Below are positions 31,009-41,334 of a DNA stretch of 64,000 nt, piece by piece. Source of the stretch: Candidatus Latescibacterota bacterium (GTDB taxonomy: Bacteria > Latescibacterota > UBA2968). A program made the translations under genes and the position numbers. How positions within the stretch are numbered: the stretch's first letter is position 1; each line of letters starts with the position of its first letter. Below the pieces are notes generated by a model. It did not search any database, was not told the DNA's origin, and worked only from the letters and a program-made list of their open reading frames with translations. The stretch is taken from assembly GCA_965198115.1 (NCBI GenBank), contig OZ240241.1, positions 7,232,001 through 7,296,000 on the forward strand, given 5' to 3'.

Positions 31009-32034
31009 ATGAGCGCTGATGAGAAACCGATGATTGGCATTACAGTGGGGGATCCGGCTGGTGTGGGTCCAGAGATCGTCGTAAAAGCCCTTGCCAACAG
31101 GGCGAGCTACGATGCGTGTCGACCCGTGGTCTACAGCGACCGGGCGATTCTGGAGCAGACGCTTGACCAGCTGGGGGCCGGTTTACAGCTGAACGTGGTT
31201 TCGTCCCCGCGCGACGGCCGGTACGAGATGGGCGCGATCGACTGCATCGACGTGGGATCGTTGCCCGAGCCAATCGCGATGGGTCAGGTGTCGAGGGAGG
31301 GGGGGCAGGCGGGCTACGCCTACCTGACCGCCGCGATCGATGCAGCGTTGGCCGAAGAAGTCGACGGGCTGGCGACGGCGCCCCTCAACAAGGAATCGCT
31401 GCAGGCTGGGGAAGTGCCGTTCATCGACCACACGGCGGCGCTGAAAGACCGTGCCGCATTACGCGAGCCGATGACGCTGTTCCTGGTTCGTGCGATGAAG
31501 ATCTTCTTCCTGACGCGTCACATATCCTTTCGTGAAATACCCGACGCGATTACGGAGGAGCTGATCGTGGATGCCGTTCCGCTGTGTGATCTCTACCTGA
31601 GGCAGCTGGGCGTGAAAGATCCGCTGTTGGCCGTCGCCGCGCTCAACCCGCACGGTGGTGAGCAGGGACTCTTCGGGCGAGAGGAGATGGAAGTGATTGC
31701 GCCGGCGGTCGAGAAGTCGAGGCTTTCAGGACAGAACATCGTGGGTCCGATTCCGGCGGATTCGGTTTTTCACCAGGCGCTGGAAGGCAAGTATGACGGT
31801 GTTCTCTCTCTGTATCACGACCAGGGACACATTGCCTCCAAGACGGTTGATTTCCACGGTACGGTGAGTCTGACGATGGGGTTGAAATTCCTGAGGACGT
31901 CCGTGGACCACGGAACGGCGTTCGATATCGCCGGGAAGGGTCTGGCCGAAGCGAAGGGCATGGTCGAGGCGATCAAAGCCGCGGGCCGTCATTCGCTGAG
32001 CGTCAAACAGAACCTGCAGCTCGAACCTGCGTAA
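31009..32034 (+). CDS. pdxA: PdxA-family dehydrogenase (PdxA or PdxA2)
   Basis: GDPAGVGPE, TAPLNKE, LNPHGGE, YHDQGH, RTSVDHGTAFDIAG. Confidence 0.92.
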   Translation: MSADEKPMIGITVGDPAGVGPEIVVKALANRASYDACRPVVYSDRAILEQTLDQLGAGLQLNVVSSPRDGRYEMGAIDCIDVGSLPEPIAMGQVSREGGQAGYAYLTAAIDAALAEEVDGLATAPLNKESLQAGEVPFIDHTAALKDRAALREPMTLFLVRAMKIFFLTRHISFREIPDAITEELIVDAVPLCDLYLRQLGVKDPLLAVAALNPHGGEQGLFGREEMEVIAPAVEKSRLSGQNIVGPIPADSVFHQALEGKYDGVLSLYHDQGHIASKTVDFHGTVSLTMGLKFLRTSVDHGTAFDIAGKGLAEAKGMVEAIKAAGRHSLSVKQNLQLEPA

Positions 32035-32093
32035 GCTAATCACGGCAGACGTGAGCGGTTGATGTTGGGCCGTCTTTCACCCATATTGTTGCC

Positions 32094-32555
32094 ATGGCAA
32101 CAAAAGAGGGCCCTGGTTTCACCGTCGATGACGCGTTTGCGTATCTCATCCTCCGGACGCACCGGCTTCTGCGATGGCACTTTCACCGGCGGGCGGCGAA
32201 AGCGGACCTCGATCTGACGCAGGAGCAGTTCGTGATGCTGAACAAACTCGCCCATCGCGACGGATGTACCCAGGGGGAACTCGTAAGCGCGACGTTCAAC
32301 GATCGGGCGAACGTGTCACGCATCGTGTCGGGACTCAAGCGCAAGGGCTACCTGACCCGGCGAGACGATCCTGAAGACGGCCGGGTCGTGCGCGTCTTCA
32401 TCACACACAAAGGCACGACCGTGATGCGAGAGATCGGGAAGCGGGTCCCAGCTACCAGAAAGAAGGTTTACAACGGGCTGTCTGATGAGGATTTCCAAGC
32501 CCTGAAACGGATCTGTGAAAAGATCGAATCGAACATTCTATCAGAAGCTGTATAA
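32094..32555 (+). CDS. MarR family transcriptional regulator
   Basis: LTQEQF, TQGEL, DRANVSRIV..L.RKGYL.R..DPEDGR. Confidence 0.9.
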   Translation: MATKEGPGFTVDDAFAYLILRTHRLLRWHFHRRAAKADLDLTQEQFVMLNKLAHRDGCTQGELVSATFNDRANVSRIVSGLKRKGYLTRRDDPEDGRVVRVFITHKGTTVMREIGKRVPATRKKVYNGLSDEDFQALKRICEKIESNILSEAV

Positions 32556-32675
32556 GCAGACCCTTAACCGTTTAGTTGCGTAGGCAACTAACTGACCTGG
32601 ACGACGAAGTCGAACCCTGTCGATCCAAGGATGACTTCGGATAAGGCCGTGGGTCGGAGCCGGAGTAAGCATCTG

Positions 32676-33923
32676 ATGAAGATCAGAAACTGGACAATAC
32701 TGTTGGTACCTCTCTGCGCGTGCGGAAGCACCGTCGAGGTGCGAGTCACGGATTCCCCGCGTTCAATCTCGAGTCGCAAATACGGGACACTGAGGAAGGC
32801 GGTGGCCAACGGTGCCATCGAACAGGCGAAGGGTCTGGCCACGACGGATGAGGAGCGAACCCTCGTGGCAGCGTTCGATTCGGCAATGAGAGGAAACTGG
32901 TCTCGAGCCGAAGCGCACGTCCAGTCTCTGTCGACGGTGGATGTCGACGCGAAGACTCTACTTGCCCTCGCTTACAAGCATTCGAGTCGATGGGACGCTC
33001 TGGTCGATCTTCTGGAGGGCGACCCGTCGGTGCTGGGATCATCCCGGTCGGCGAACCTTGCGCTGGCCGGAGGATTCCGTGAGGCGGAACCCGAATCGAT
33101 CGCGATTCCGGAAGATCCTGTTGTTGTTCCGATGGGCCGGATGTGGACGGGTCAGGCCGAGGTTGACGTCACCATTGCGGGGCGTTCCTACGCCTTTGTG
33201 ATCGATACGGGGGCGGATCTGACCGTCCTGTCATCGGATGTCGCGGAGGCGTGCGAAGTTTTCGCGATCGGGGACTGGGTCGGATCGGCAGAGACCTCGA
33301 CGAGCCAGACGGTGCAGATCCGGCCAGCCATCCTACCGGAGCTGAACATAGGTGCTCTGGTGGTGAAGAATCATCCCGTGGCGATCGTAGACCGTGAGGT
33401 TCTGACGTTCCGCCTTGCGGGGATTCCGTTGGCCGAAGTGCGAGGTATCTTGGGCTGGTCGTTGATCAGACGGCTCAGCGTCGAGATCGACTATGTGCAG
33501 AATCGCGTCGTCTTTGCGCGTAGTACCGGACGAAACGATGCGAGTCGCAATCTGTTTTGGCTGGGTTATCCGATGGTGCGTCTTCGAGGTCCGACCGGGG
33601 AGTCGCTCGTTTTCGGGCTGGATACGGGCGCACAGAAAACGACGCTCAAGCGACACGCGTTCGAGAAGATGAAGCTGCTATACCGAGTGAAGGAAGGCGT
33701 TTCCATCGGCGCAGGAGGCGGAGAGTCCGTCATTCAGCGGGAAGTTGCAAATCTATTGCTCCAGCTGGGTGATTACGATCTTTACTTCAAGGACATTCGC
33801 TCGAAGTCAGGCGTCAAGGCTGCGCAGATCGTTGAACCCGATGGCCGTCTGGGCATCGATATCGCCCGATCAGGAGGACTGAAGATCGACTATCCAGCCG
33901 GTCGGATCGATCTTATGTTTTGA
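32676..33923 (+). CDS. Exported double-domain retropepsin-like aspartyl protease (probable lipoprotein)
   Basis: Two DTGA motifs (FVIDTGA, FGLDTGA) followed by GILG and GRLG; LCACG lipobox-like. Confidence 0.8.
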   Translation: MKIRNWTILLVPLCACGSTVEVRVTDSPRSISSRKYGTLRKAVANGAIEQAKGLATTDEERTLVAAFDSAMRGNWSRAEAHVQSLSTVDVDAKTLLALAYKHSSRWDALVDLLEGDPSVLGSSRSANLALAGGFREAEPESIAIPEDPVVVPMGRMWTGQAEVDVTIAGRSYAFVIDTGADLTVLSSDVAEACEVFAIGDWVGSAETSTSQTVQIRPAILPELNIGALVVKNHPVAIVDREVLTFRLAGIPLAEVRGILGWSLIRRLSVEIDYVQNRVVFARSTGRNDASRNLFWLGYPMVRLRGPTGESLVFGLDTGAQKTTLKRHAFEKMKLLYRVKEGVSIGAGGGESVIQREVANLLLQLGDYDLYFKDIRSKSGVKAAQIVEPDGRLGIDIARSGGLKIDYPAGRIDLMF

Positions 33924-33940
33924 GCGAGCCGTGAAACCCG

Positions 33941-35508
33941 ATGAAGGCCCTTATCGTCCCCAATACGATGGTTTCGACTACTTTGACCAGGAAACGACCC
34001 ATTCTGTCGGCGCGAATGCGACGACACTTGGACGATCTGGGATTCGAGTCCCCCATCCGATATCGCCTCTGGTGTCACCGCCAGGGGCTCGATTCGGGGC
34101 TCGACAAGGGCGACGATCAACTCGCGGACGAGATCGATCGAATTACGGCCCTTGGGCTCAACGATCCCTGCATCGTTTCTACCCATACACCTCATCGCGC
34201 GAGGCTGATCACCCAGATCTACAACGGTGACCTGGATGGTGTGCCGCTCACGGACCGTCTGACGCGCGTCAGAAACCAGTTCCATCTGCTCAGCGACAAC
34301 TCAGATGACGCAAAGGCTTTTCACGAACTGGTTCTCAACCTCGAAAAATACAGCAGGCTGTTGACTGGACGGTTTGGGTTCCCTGGCGTCGGGGACGGGG
34401 AACACAACACGATAATCGGGGGACTGGGTCAGCTGGCCAGAAGTCATCGTGGCTGGATACGGCCGACGAGGCGTGGCGACCCACCAGCCAGAGCGTGCAG
34501 GGACAGTTCGGGGAACTCGCGAGATATCTGGTTGCAAAATATCACGTTGCGTCCTGTTTCGATTCAGTCTGGTTCAATGGCGGCGGAGATGACGTTCGGC
34601 GACAGCAGGCGTGGTACAGACACGTCGGTGGTGGTGGGAATCTGAGGACGGCACCCGACTTGCCGTGTAAAGTTTCCAAGAGGATGGCCCACATTCTCAG
34701 TCAAACCAACCGCCGGCGCCGTTTACTGCAGAGCATGCGATGGTGCCAGGCCGAGGCTCTGGGGGCCGAGTGGCGTTTAGCAGGATCGATCGCACGGTCG
34801 CAGATCGGTGATTCGTTCGAGAACGAGGATTTCTGGGTTACGGTCGTTCATTACTTCGTGAACAATCCGTTTCTGGAGAGGACCTATGTCGATCCCGTGA
34901 TCGACTACATCCAGGCGCACAAGTTTTCGCCGACGCGGATCCCGCAGCCGGATGGGTCTACGGTTCTGGGGCCCCCGCTCCACCCCAATTTTTCGGTGAA
35001 GGGCCGGAGCGCAGGGAAGCTGCTGGCACTCGTGGACGATTGGCACGAGGATCTCGCCGACTTCGAAGAAGTGGTCGGGGAGTCGTGGGATCCGTCGGGC
35101 ATCGGCACGTTCGAGTTGGAAGAAGTGGATGAGTCGACGGATGAGCGCCTTCGGTGGCGTGTGGTGGAACTGGGTTCGAGCCGTCTCCTCAGACACGAAG
35201 GCAAAGTGATGCACCACTGTGTGGGATCCTACGCGCGTCGATGCGTGACTGGTGAGAAGTCGATCTGGTCGCTTCGCGCCAGCGTGGACGATGACGACGC
35301 AGAGAAGCACATTTTGACGATCGCTGTCGACAACAAGAGGAAGCTCGTCACACAAGCGCGTGGGAAATACAACATGCAGCCTTTTGACAAGGCTCGGACG
35401 CGTCAGAATCAGCAGGACGCGGATCGACCCTATGTCCGATTGCTTCGCGAGTCAGCGCGTGTCCTGCGGATGTGGATGGACCGGGAGGGGCTGCGGCGCG
35501 GGAAATAG
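33941..35508 (+). pseudogene. PcfJ-domain protein with one frameshift near 34465
   Basis: LRHEGKVMHHCVGSY, SIWSLR, LTIAV, QARGKYN; N-terminal half in another frame. Confidence 0.75.
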
Positions 35509-35559
35509 CCGGAGGACGGTTAGGGCATTGACCATTGACCGGTAACCATTGACAAAAGC

Positions 35560-35595
35560 AACGGCCGTGACAGAAGTGCGTGTCACGGCCGTTTT
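35560..35595 (+). terminator. Intrinsic terminator-like hairpin
   Basis: 13-bp perfect stem AACGGCCGTGACA / TGTCACGGCCGTT ending in a short T run. Confidence 0.7.
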
Positions 35596-35674
35596 GGTAT
35601 GCCAACGAGCCGGCCGGTTTTCTCGTTGCTGATGGTCGAGTGGGCCCGCATCATTGTGCCGGGAGGGTCTGGAA

Positions 35675-36685
35675 TTGAGATTCTGCTTCGCCGGTTTCGG
35701 TCACGTTCACATTTACAGTCTTGTCGAAGAGGTTCAAGCACGTGACGACCTGACGCTCGTCGCAGCGTGTGAAGGCGACCCTGAACTGGCTGAGTGGGCG
35801 CGATCAAAGAACGTGATGATCAGTCACACGACGTTGACCGACGCGCTGGATGACGTTGTGTGTGACGTCGTGGCGATCGGCGCCCCGTTCGGGGTTCGGG
35901 GAAAGCTGGCCCTCGAAGCGCTTCGGGCGGGGAAGCATGTGATTGCGGACAAGCCGCTCTGCACGTCGCTCGAAGAGTTGTTCGAGATCGAGACACTCGT
36001 GCACGACCAGAATTTGCGTGTCGATTGCATGCTGACGATGCGCGATAGCCTGGAAATGGTGAGTCTGCGCGCCCATCTGTCCCGGGGTCGTATCGGAGAA
36101 GTCCAGGCGATTCAGTTTGGCGGGCAGCATCCGCTGAATGCCGACACCCGACCCCCGTGGTATTTCGAGCCCGGTATGCACGGCGGCACGATCACAGATA
36201 TTTTCGTCCACGCCGCCGATGCGTTGCCGTGGGTCACAGGGCTCGACTGGGCTTCCTGTCTGTCAGCCCGATGCTGGAACGCAACGTGTCCCGAGACACC
36301 CCACTTTGAAGACGGTGCGCAGGTGATGCTGACCATGTCGAACGGTTGCGGAGTGATGGGGGATGTGTCCTATTTCATGCCATCGAAGGGTGGCTACTCG
36401 CTGCCCTACTACTGGCGGATGACGCTTTTCGGTCAAAATGGCATCGCGGAGGTGTCGGATGGGAGTCGATCGTTGACTGTGACGCACGAAGGTCGAGTCG
36501 TTCCACTGGAACCGGAAACGGGGAAAAGTGGGGGCTATCTGGACGGGTTCTTGAAGGATATCGGGAATGACTCGGTTGACGGCGATCTTACGACGGCTGG
36601 CGTGTTGCGTGCGATGCGTGTCGCCCTTTCGGTCCAGCAGGCGGCGGATACGGAACAACGTGACGTCTCTCTGGCGGCGAGCTGA
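35675..36685 (+). CDS. Gfo/Idh/MocA oxidoreductase
   Basis: FAGFGHVH, GKHVIADKPL, HGGTITDIFVHAAD. Confidence 0.85.
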   Translation: MRFCFAGFGHVHIYSLVEEVQARDDLTLVAACEGDPELAEWARSKNVMISHTTLTDALDDVVCDVVAIGAPFGVRGKLALEALRAGKHVIADKPLCTSLEELFEIETLVHDQNLRVDCMLTMRDSLEMVSLRAHLSRGRIGEVQAIQFGGQHPLNADTRPPWYFEPGMHGGTITDIFVHAADALPWVTGLDWASCLSARCWNATCPETPHFEDGAQVMLTMSNGCGVMGDVSYFMPSKGGYSLPYYWRMTLFGQNGIAEVSDGSRSLTVTHEGRVVPLEPETGKSGGYLDGFLKDIGNDSVDGDLTTAGVLRAMRVALSVQQAADTEQRDVSLAAS

Positions 36686-36693
36686 GGGCGGCG

Positions 36694-37992
36694 TTGCGTA
36701 GCCTGGAAATCCTGCTGTTGATCGGGAATCTGCCGATCGCCCTGCGCTTCTTGTTCTATCGCCGGTCGTGGCCTTTCTGGTTCGATGCGGTGCCGCTGGT
36801 GACTTTTCTCGTTCTCCTGATCCACGCGAGTTCAGAGGGCGTTCGCTGGGCGATGTCTCCCGCTTACATCACGACGCTCCTTCTCTTTCTTTCCAGCATG
36901 TTGCCGATGGTTCGATCAGCACCCCTGCCGGAATCCGTTCGGTCGGTTCTGGGAGCGGGGAGCTGCGTCTGTCTGGCGATTTCGTTCGTTCTGTCGACGG
37001 CATTTCCTGTTTTTGCGGTTCCCTCGCCGGCCGGTGACTTTCGTGTGGGTGTGACGACTCATCTCTTGCCGGGCGACTCGGGGCGCAAGATTCTCATCCG
37101 CATCTGGTATCCGACCGACGAGTCCGGATCGTCTTCCTACCTGTCGGGCGCGATCGGCACTTCCTCTCGGGTCGTTGCCGGGCAATTGGGTGTGCCCGCC
37201 TTCCTCGTGCGTCACTTTGATCTGGTTCGTACGGCCAGCCGTGTCGATGCGGATCTTTCCGCGGTTCTTCCCCGGTATCCTGTTGTCCTCCACTCGCACG
37301 ATGTGGCTCTGGGTTTTCCGGAGATGCACACGGCCCTCCTGCAGGACTTGGCGAGCCGGGGGTATCTGGTTGTCGGTGTCAATCACACGGGTATCGACAC
37401 GGTCTTGAATGACGGTCTGATGTTGTCGAAGAACGAGTCGGCTCAGATGGTGGCGGATGCGGAACGGGTGCTCGATTGGCTGGAAGACCTGGCTCCGACG
37501 GATGCACAAGGCTGGCTGGCGGATCGAGTCGACCTGGGTCGTGTGGCCTACGTGGGACACGGCGCAGGGGGTGAGGCTGTCTACAGGGCGTGCGGCCAAA
37601 GCGTCAGTTTCAACGCGGGCGTGAGCATCGGGGCGAACCTGGTCGGACGTTCGCCCCTACCCAACAGACCGTTTTTATTTGTCGACCCTTCTGAGAAAGA
37701 TTCGTCCAACGAAAACGATCCGTTCGCCGGGATGGTAGAGGCTGCCTTTGTCCTGCGGGTGGCGGACTCGGGGGCCTACATTTTTACGGATATCCCGTTC
37801 TGGTCACCGCTGATTCCGACGCGGATCGACGTGGGACCGATCGAGCCGGAGAGGGCGCACTCGATTCTGTCTACCTACGTCCACGCATTTCTGAACGTAT
37901 CTCTCAACATGGGTGTCAACGAACCCTTGCTGGAAAGGCCGTCGTCCGAGTTTCCGGAAGTTTCGATTGTTGTACACGACGTGGAGGAGTAG
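36694..37992 (+). CDS. Membrane-anchored alpha/beta hydrolase (PAF-acetylhydrolase-like) with degenerate active site
   Basis: N-terminal TM helices, IWYP, YPVVLHSH, LASRGYLVVGVNH, RVDLGRVAYVGHGAGG. Confidence 0.75.
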   Translation: MRSLEILLLIGNLPIALRFLFYRRSWPFWFDAVPLVTFLVLLIHASSEGVRWAMSPAYITTLLLFLSSMLPMVRSAPLPESVRSVLGAGSCVCLAISFVLSTAFPVFAVPSPAGDFRVGVTTHLLPGDSGRKILIRIWYPTDESGSSSYLSGAIGTSSRVVAGQLGVPAFLVRHFDLVRTASRVDADLSAVLPRYPVVLHSHDVALGFPEMHTALLQDLASRGYLVVGVNHTGIDTVLNDGLMLSKNESAQMVADAERVLDWLEDLAPTDAQGWLADRVDLGRVAYVGHGAGGEAVYRACGQSVSFNAGVSIGANLVGRSPLPNRPFLFVDPSEKDSSNENDPFAGMVEAAFVLRVADSGAYIFTDIPFWSPLIPTRIDVGPIEPERAHSILSTYVHAFLNVSLNMGVNEPLLERPSSEFPEVSIVVHDVEE

Positions 37993-38077
37993 GAAAGACG
38001 CGGCGATCTACGGAATCCGAGAGGCGATGTTTCGGAGATCCAATACGTCATCGATATCGATTCTGCACGGTTGAGTC

Positions 38078-39187
38078 TTAATGATGAAACACGAGCGGTC
38101 GGTGCTCGTGGACCTGGGTTTCCCGAGTCGTTTCGACGTCGTCGACGGATGCGTCACCGGGTCGAAGGACGATTTTACACGCTGTTCCTTCAGCGAGGTG
38201 ATCGAAGGCCTCGAGGACGTTGTCGAAATCGACTTCGTGCGACACAAGAGGTCTGAGGTCGACGACGCCGCTTTCCAAAAGCCAGCGGGTCTTGTACCAC
38301 GTATCCCAGATGCGTCTTCCGTTGATGGCGAAGACGGTGAGATTTTTGAAGATCATGTTCTCGCCGATGTCGACTTCGACGGGGTTTGACGGGATGCCGA
38401 ACAGCGTGATGCGACCGCCGTTTCGTACGGTCGCAAAAGCGCTTGTAATGGCGCTGGATGCTCCGCTCATCTCGAGGACGATGTCGACTGGGTAGCCTTC
38501 GTTGGCGTCGCGGATAGCAGTTACAACGTCCGTAGCCACAGGGTCGAAGGTTTGCGTTGCACCCATCGTGACGGCCAGTTCCCGTCGGTAGGGTGTCGGA
38601 TCGACGGCGAAGACGGCGCCTGCCCCCGATGCCCTTGCAATGCCGATGCTGAAAAGACCGATGGGGCCACAGCCGGAGACGGCTACCGTCTGTCCAGCCA
38701 GGTCGTGAGTGAGGGTCGCGAGAACAGCGTTGCCGAACGGTTCCTGGAGGGTGGCGATTTCGGGCGGGATCTTCGCTCGATCGTTTTGCCAGACGACGCT
38801 TTCGGGCACGACGACGTATTCGGCGAAGGCGCCGTCGCGATCGACGCCGAGGATCTGAGTCGACGGGCACATGTGGGCCTGTCCGGTTCGACATTGGTAG
38901 CAGTGACCACAGGTGACGTGACTTTCGGCGGAGACGAAGTCGCCGACGTGAGCCTGTTCGACCTGGGGACCGACTTGTGCGATCGTTCCAGCGAACTCGT
39001 GTCCGAGTGTGACGGGTGGATGGATCCTTTGCCGACTCCAGTCGTCCCATTTCCAGATGTGAAGATCGGTCCCACAGATACTGGCCGCCTCGACCTTGAC
39101 GAGCACTTCGTGGGGGCCAGGCTCGGGTATGGGCAGCGTGACGACTTCGAGACCCGCGGCTGCGGTGGTCTTTCGGAGGGCGTGCAT
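38078..39187 (-). CDS. tdh: L-threonine 3-dehydrogenase
   Basis: ICGTDLHIWKWDDW, GHEFAG, SAESHVTCGHCYQC, EPFGNAV, LEMSGA, INGRRIWDTWY. Confidence 0.92.
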   Translation of the reverse strand: MHALRKTTAAAGLEVVTLPIPEPGPHEVLVKVEAASICGTDLHIWKWDDWSRQRIHPPVTLGHEFAGTIAQVGPQVEQAHVGDFVSAESHVTCGHCYQCRTGQAHMCPSTQILGVDRDGAFAEYVVVPESVVWQNDRAKIPPEIATLQEPFGNAVLATLTHDLAGQTVAVSGCGPIGLFSIGIARASGAGAVFAVDPTPYRRELAVTMGATQTFDPVATDVVTAIRDANEGYPVDIVLEMSGASSAITSAFATVRNGGRITLFGIPSNPVEVDIGENMIFKNLTVFAINGRRIWDTWYKTRWLLESGVVDLRPLVSHEVDFDNVLEAFDHLAEGTACKIVLRPGDASVDDVETTRETQVHEHRPLVFHH

Positions 39188-39363
39188 CGTATCGGACACG
39201 GCGGTCTCCAAGCTTAGATGTGATTGAATATATATAGTATATTAAACGTTGAGGGAAAGGTCCAGTTTCCATTGTGGACGGGTCGCCCTTCGCAGTTGAC
39301 TCCACTCCTACGATGGGCTACTGTTTTGAAGTTTCTACTTAATTTTATTGAGATTACGTCGTT

Positions 39364-40269
39364 TTGAAGATGGAGTTGAGCGCTATTCCCCGAGCCGCCC
39401 TGGCTGCCTGTCTCCTCCTGTTTTCCTCGGCCCTGTTCGGCCAAACGAACGCGCGTCGCAGTGGCTTCTCGCTGCTGAACGAACCGGTTGGCGGGCGGGC
39501 CGCAGCAATGGGCGATGCGTTTTCGACGATCACTGGGGATCAGACCGCGCTCTACGCCAACCCGGCAGTGTCCGGCACGATGATGGGGAAGGATTTCGTT
39601 CTCTCCCATCACAGTTCGTTCGCCGACGTGCGACAATCCTACGCAGGTTGGGTCTACGGGAATGGCAAGCGCGGCATCGGTCTGAGCCTGGGGATTCATA
39701 CGGCGGGGAGTTTCGATGCGAGAACAGGACCGACCGCTCAGCCGATCGGTCGCTTCCATCTGTTCGAGTTGAACGCGGGCCTGTCTTACGGCCAGCGCAT
39801 TGCGGAAAGAGTTTATGTCGGATTCAGCGCCCACGCCCTTCACGAAGATCTGGCCTCGGCGCGGGCCTCCGGCTTCACGCTCGACCTCGGTTTTTTGTAT
39901 CGACCCGATGTCGAAGGTCTGACGCTGGGTGCCGCAGTCAGGCACCTCGGGCGGATGGAGGCGCTCGATAGAGAGCGGGTTTCGCTGCCTCGGGAAATCC
40001 GCGCGGGAGCGAGCCTGGCCCGGGCTCGTTTCGTCCTTTCGGCCGAGGGCCGACTTCAACGGTTCGGGAACAATGGATTCCACGTGGGCGGCGAGTTCCT
40101 GCCGGTTCCGGCCCTCGCACTGCGAAGCGGATACGTGTCGGGCTTCGATGCCCGTGATTGGACGTTCGGGTTCGGTTTGAGGCGCGGCCATTGGCGGTTT
40201 GATTACGCTGTTGTTCCATCGAGCCTCGACCTGGGTCACTCCCATCGCGTTTCAGTGGGTATTCGGTAG
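39364..40269 (+). CDS. PorV/PorQ-family outer-membrane beta-barrel
   Basis: Signal peptide, GGRAAAMGDAF, ALYANPA, LALRSGY, FDYA, SHRVS. Confidence 0.8.
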   Translation: MKMELSAIPRAALAACLLLFSSALFGQTNARRSGFSLLNEPVGGRAAAMGDAFSTITGDQTALYANPAVSGTMMGKDFVLSHHSSFADVRQSYAGWVYGNGKRGIGLSLGIHTAGSFDARTGPTAQPIGRFHLFELNAGLSYGQRIAERVYVGFSAHALHEDLASARASGFTLDLGFLYRPDVEGLTLGAAVRHLGRMEALDRERVSLPREIRAGASLARARFVLSAEGRLQRFGNNGFHVGGEFLPVPALALRSGYVSGFDARDWTFGFGLRRGHWRFDYAVVPSSLDLGHSHRVSVGIR

Positions 40270-40270
40270 C

Positions 40271-41293
40271 GTGACGGATCGACCCGACCCGGAAGTGACC
40301 CGGATCGGCACACCGGATGGTGATTACTTCGAGCGCAGGATCGATCCGCTGCCCCGGGTGGCTCCGTCGGGTTTGCAGATCGCGCTGTTCCTGCTGACGG
40401 TGTTGACGACGACCATGGCCGGTGCCCAGGTATCCCCCGAGTTTCAGTCGATCCCATCGGAAGAACTGAGCTGGGAGACTCTGTTCAGGCCCGACGTCCT
40501 GGTTCACGGTCTTCCGTTTTCCTTCTCCCTGATCGCGATTCTGGGTATCCACGAGATGGGTCACTTCGTGGCCTCTAGGGCGTGGCGGGTGCGGGCGACA
40601 CTGCCGTATTTCATTCCGTTTCCGATGTCGATCATCGGAACGCTGGGTGCCGTCATGCGCATCCGGTCGCGTATCCCGAATCGTCGAGCTCTGATCGACA
40701 TCGGTGCCGCCGGTCCGGTCGCGGGTTTCGTCGTTGCTGTAGGGGCGCTGGTCTACGGATTGGCCCACGCCCAGGTCGTGTCCGTCGCCGATTTCGCGGG
40801 TCAGGGCGCGATGGTTTTCGGCGACTCGCTGCTGACTGCCTGGCTCCAGAGTTGGATCGTCGGCCCCCTCCCTCCCGGGCACGATGTGATGCTGCATCCT
40901 GTAGGTTTCGCCGGGTGGCTGGGGCTGTTCGTGACGGTGTTGAATCTGCTGCCCGTCGGACAGTTCGACGGAGGGCACATCGTTTACGCGGTTTTGGGAC
41001 GACATCATTATGTCGTGTCGCGTGCGACGGTGATCGGACTGATTGTTTTCTGGGCTGCGGGTCCCGGATACGCGTGGACGGGTTCCGATGTCCCGTGGTC
41101 TGACTGGATCACATCACGATGGCCCGGCTGGTTGGTATGGGCTGCCCTGGCTCTCTTCCTCGGAAGTCGTCATCCCCCGCCGGTCGATCCCCACACGACC
41201 CTCGATGCGTCCCGGAAGTTGCTGGGTGTGGTGTCACTGATCATTTTCATCCTTTGTTTCATTCCCCGACCGATCAGTTTTCTCGAGCCCTGA
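40271..41293 (+). CDS. Site-2 protease (peptidase M50)
   Basis: HEMGH, GTLGAVM, IGAAGP, NLLPVGQFDGGH. Confidence 0.92.
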   Translation: MTDRPDPEVTRIGTPDGDYFERRIDPLPRVAPSGLQIALFLLTVLTTTMAGAQVSPEFQSIPSEELSWETLFRPDVLVHGLPFSFSLIAILGIHEMGHFVASRAWRVRATLPYFIPFPMSIIGTLGAVMRIRSRIPNRRALIDIGAAGPVAGFVVAVGALVYGLAHAQVVSVADFAGQGAMVFGDSLLTAWLQSWIVGPLPPGHDVMLHPVGFAGWLGLFVTVLNLLPVGQFDGGHIVYAVLGRHHYVVSRATVIGLIVFWAAGPGYAWTGSDVPWSDWITSRWPGWLVWAALALFLGSRHPPPVDPHTTLDASRKLLGVVSLIIFILCFIPRPISFLEP

Positions 41294-41334
41294 CGGGTTC
41301 TCTCTTCTTCTCTTTCCCCGTTTCGGAGTGAGCG

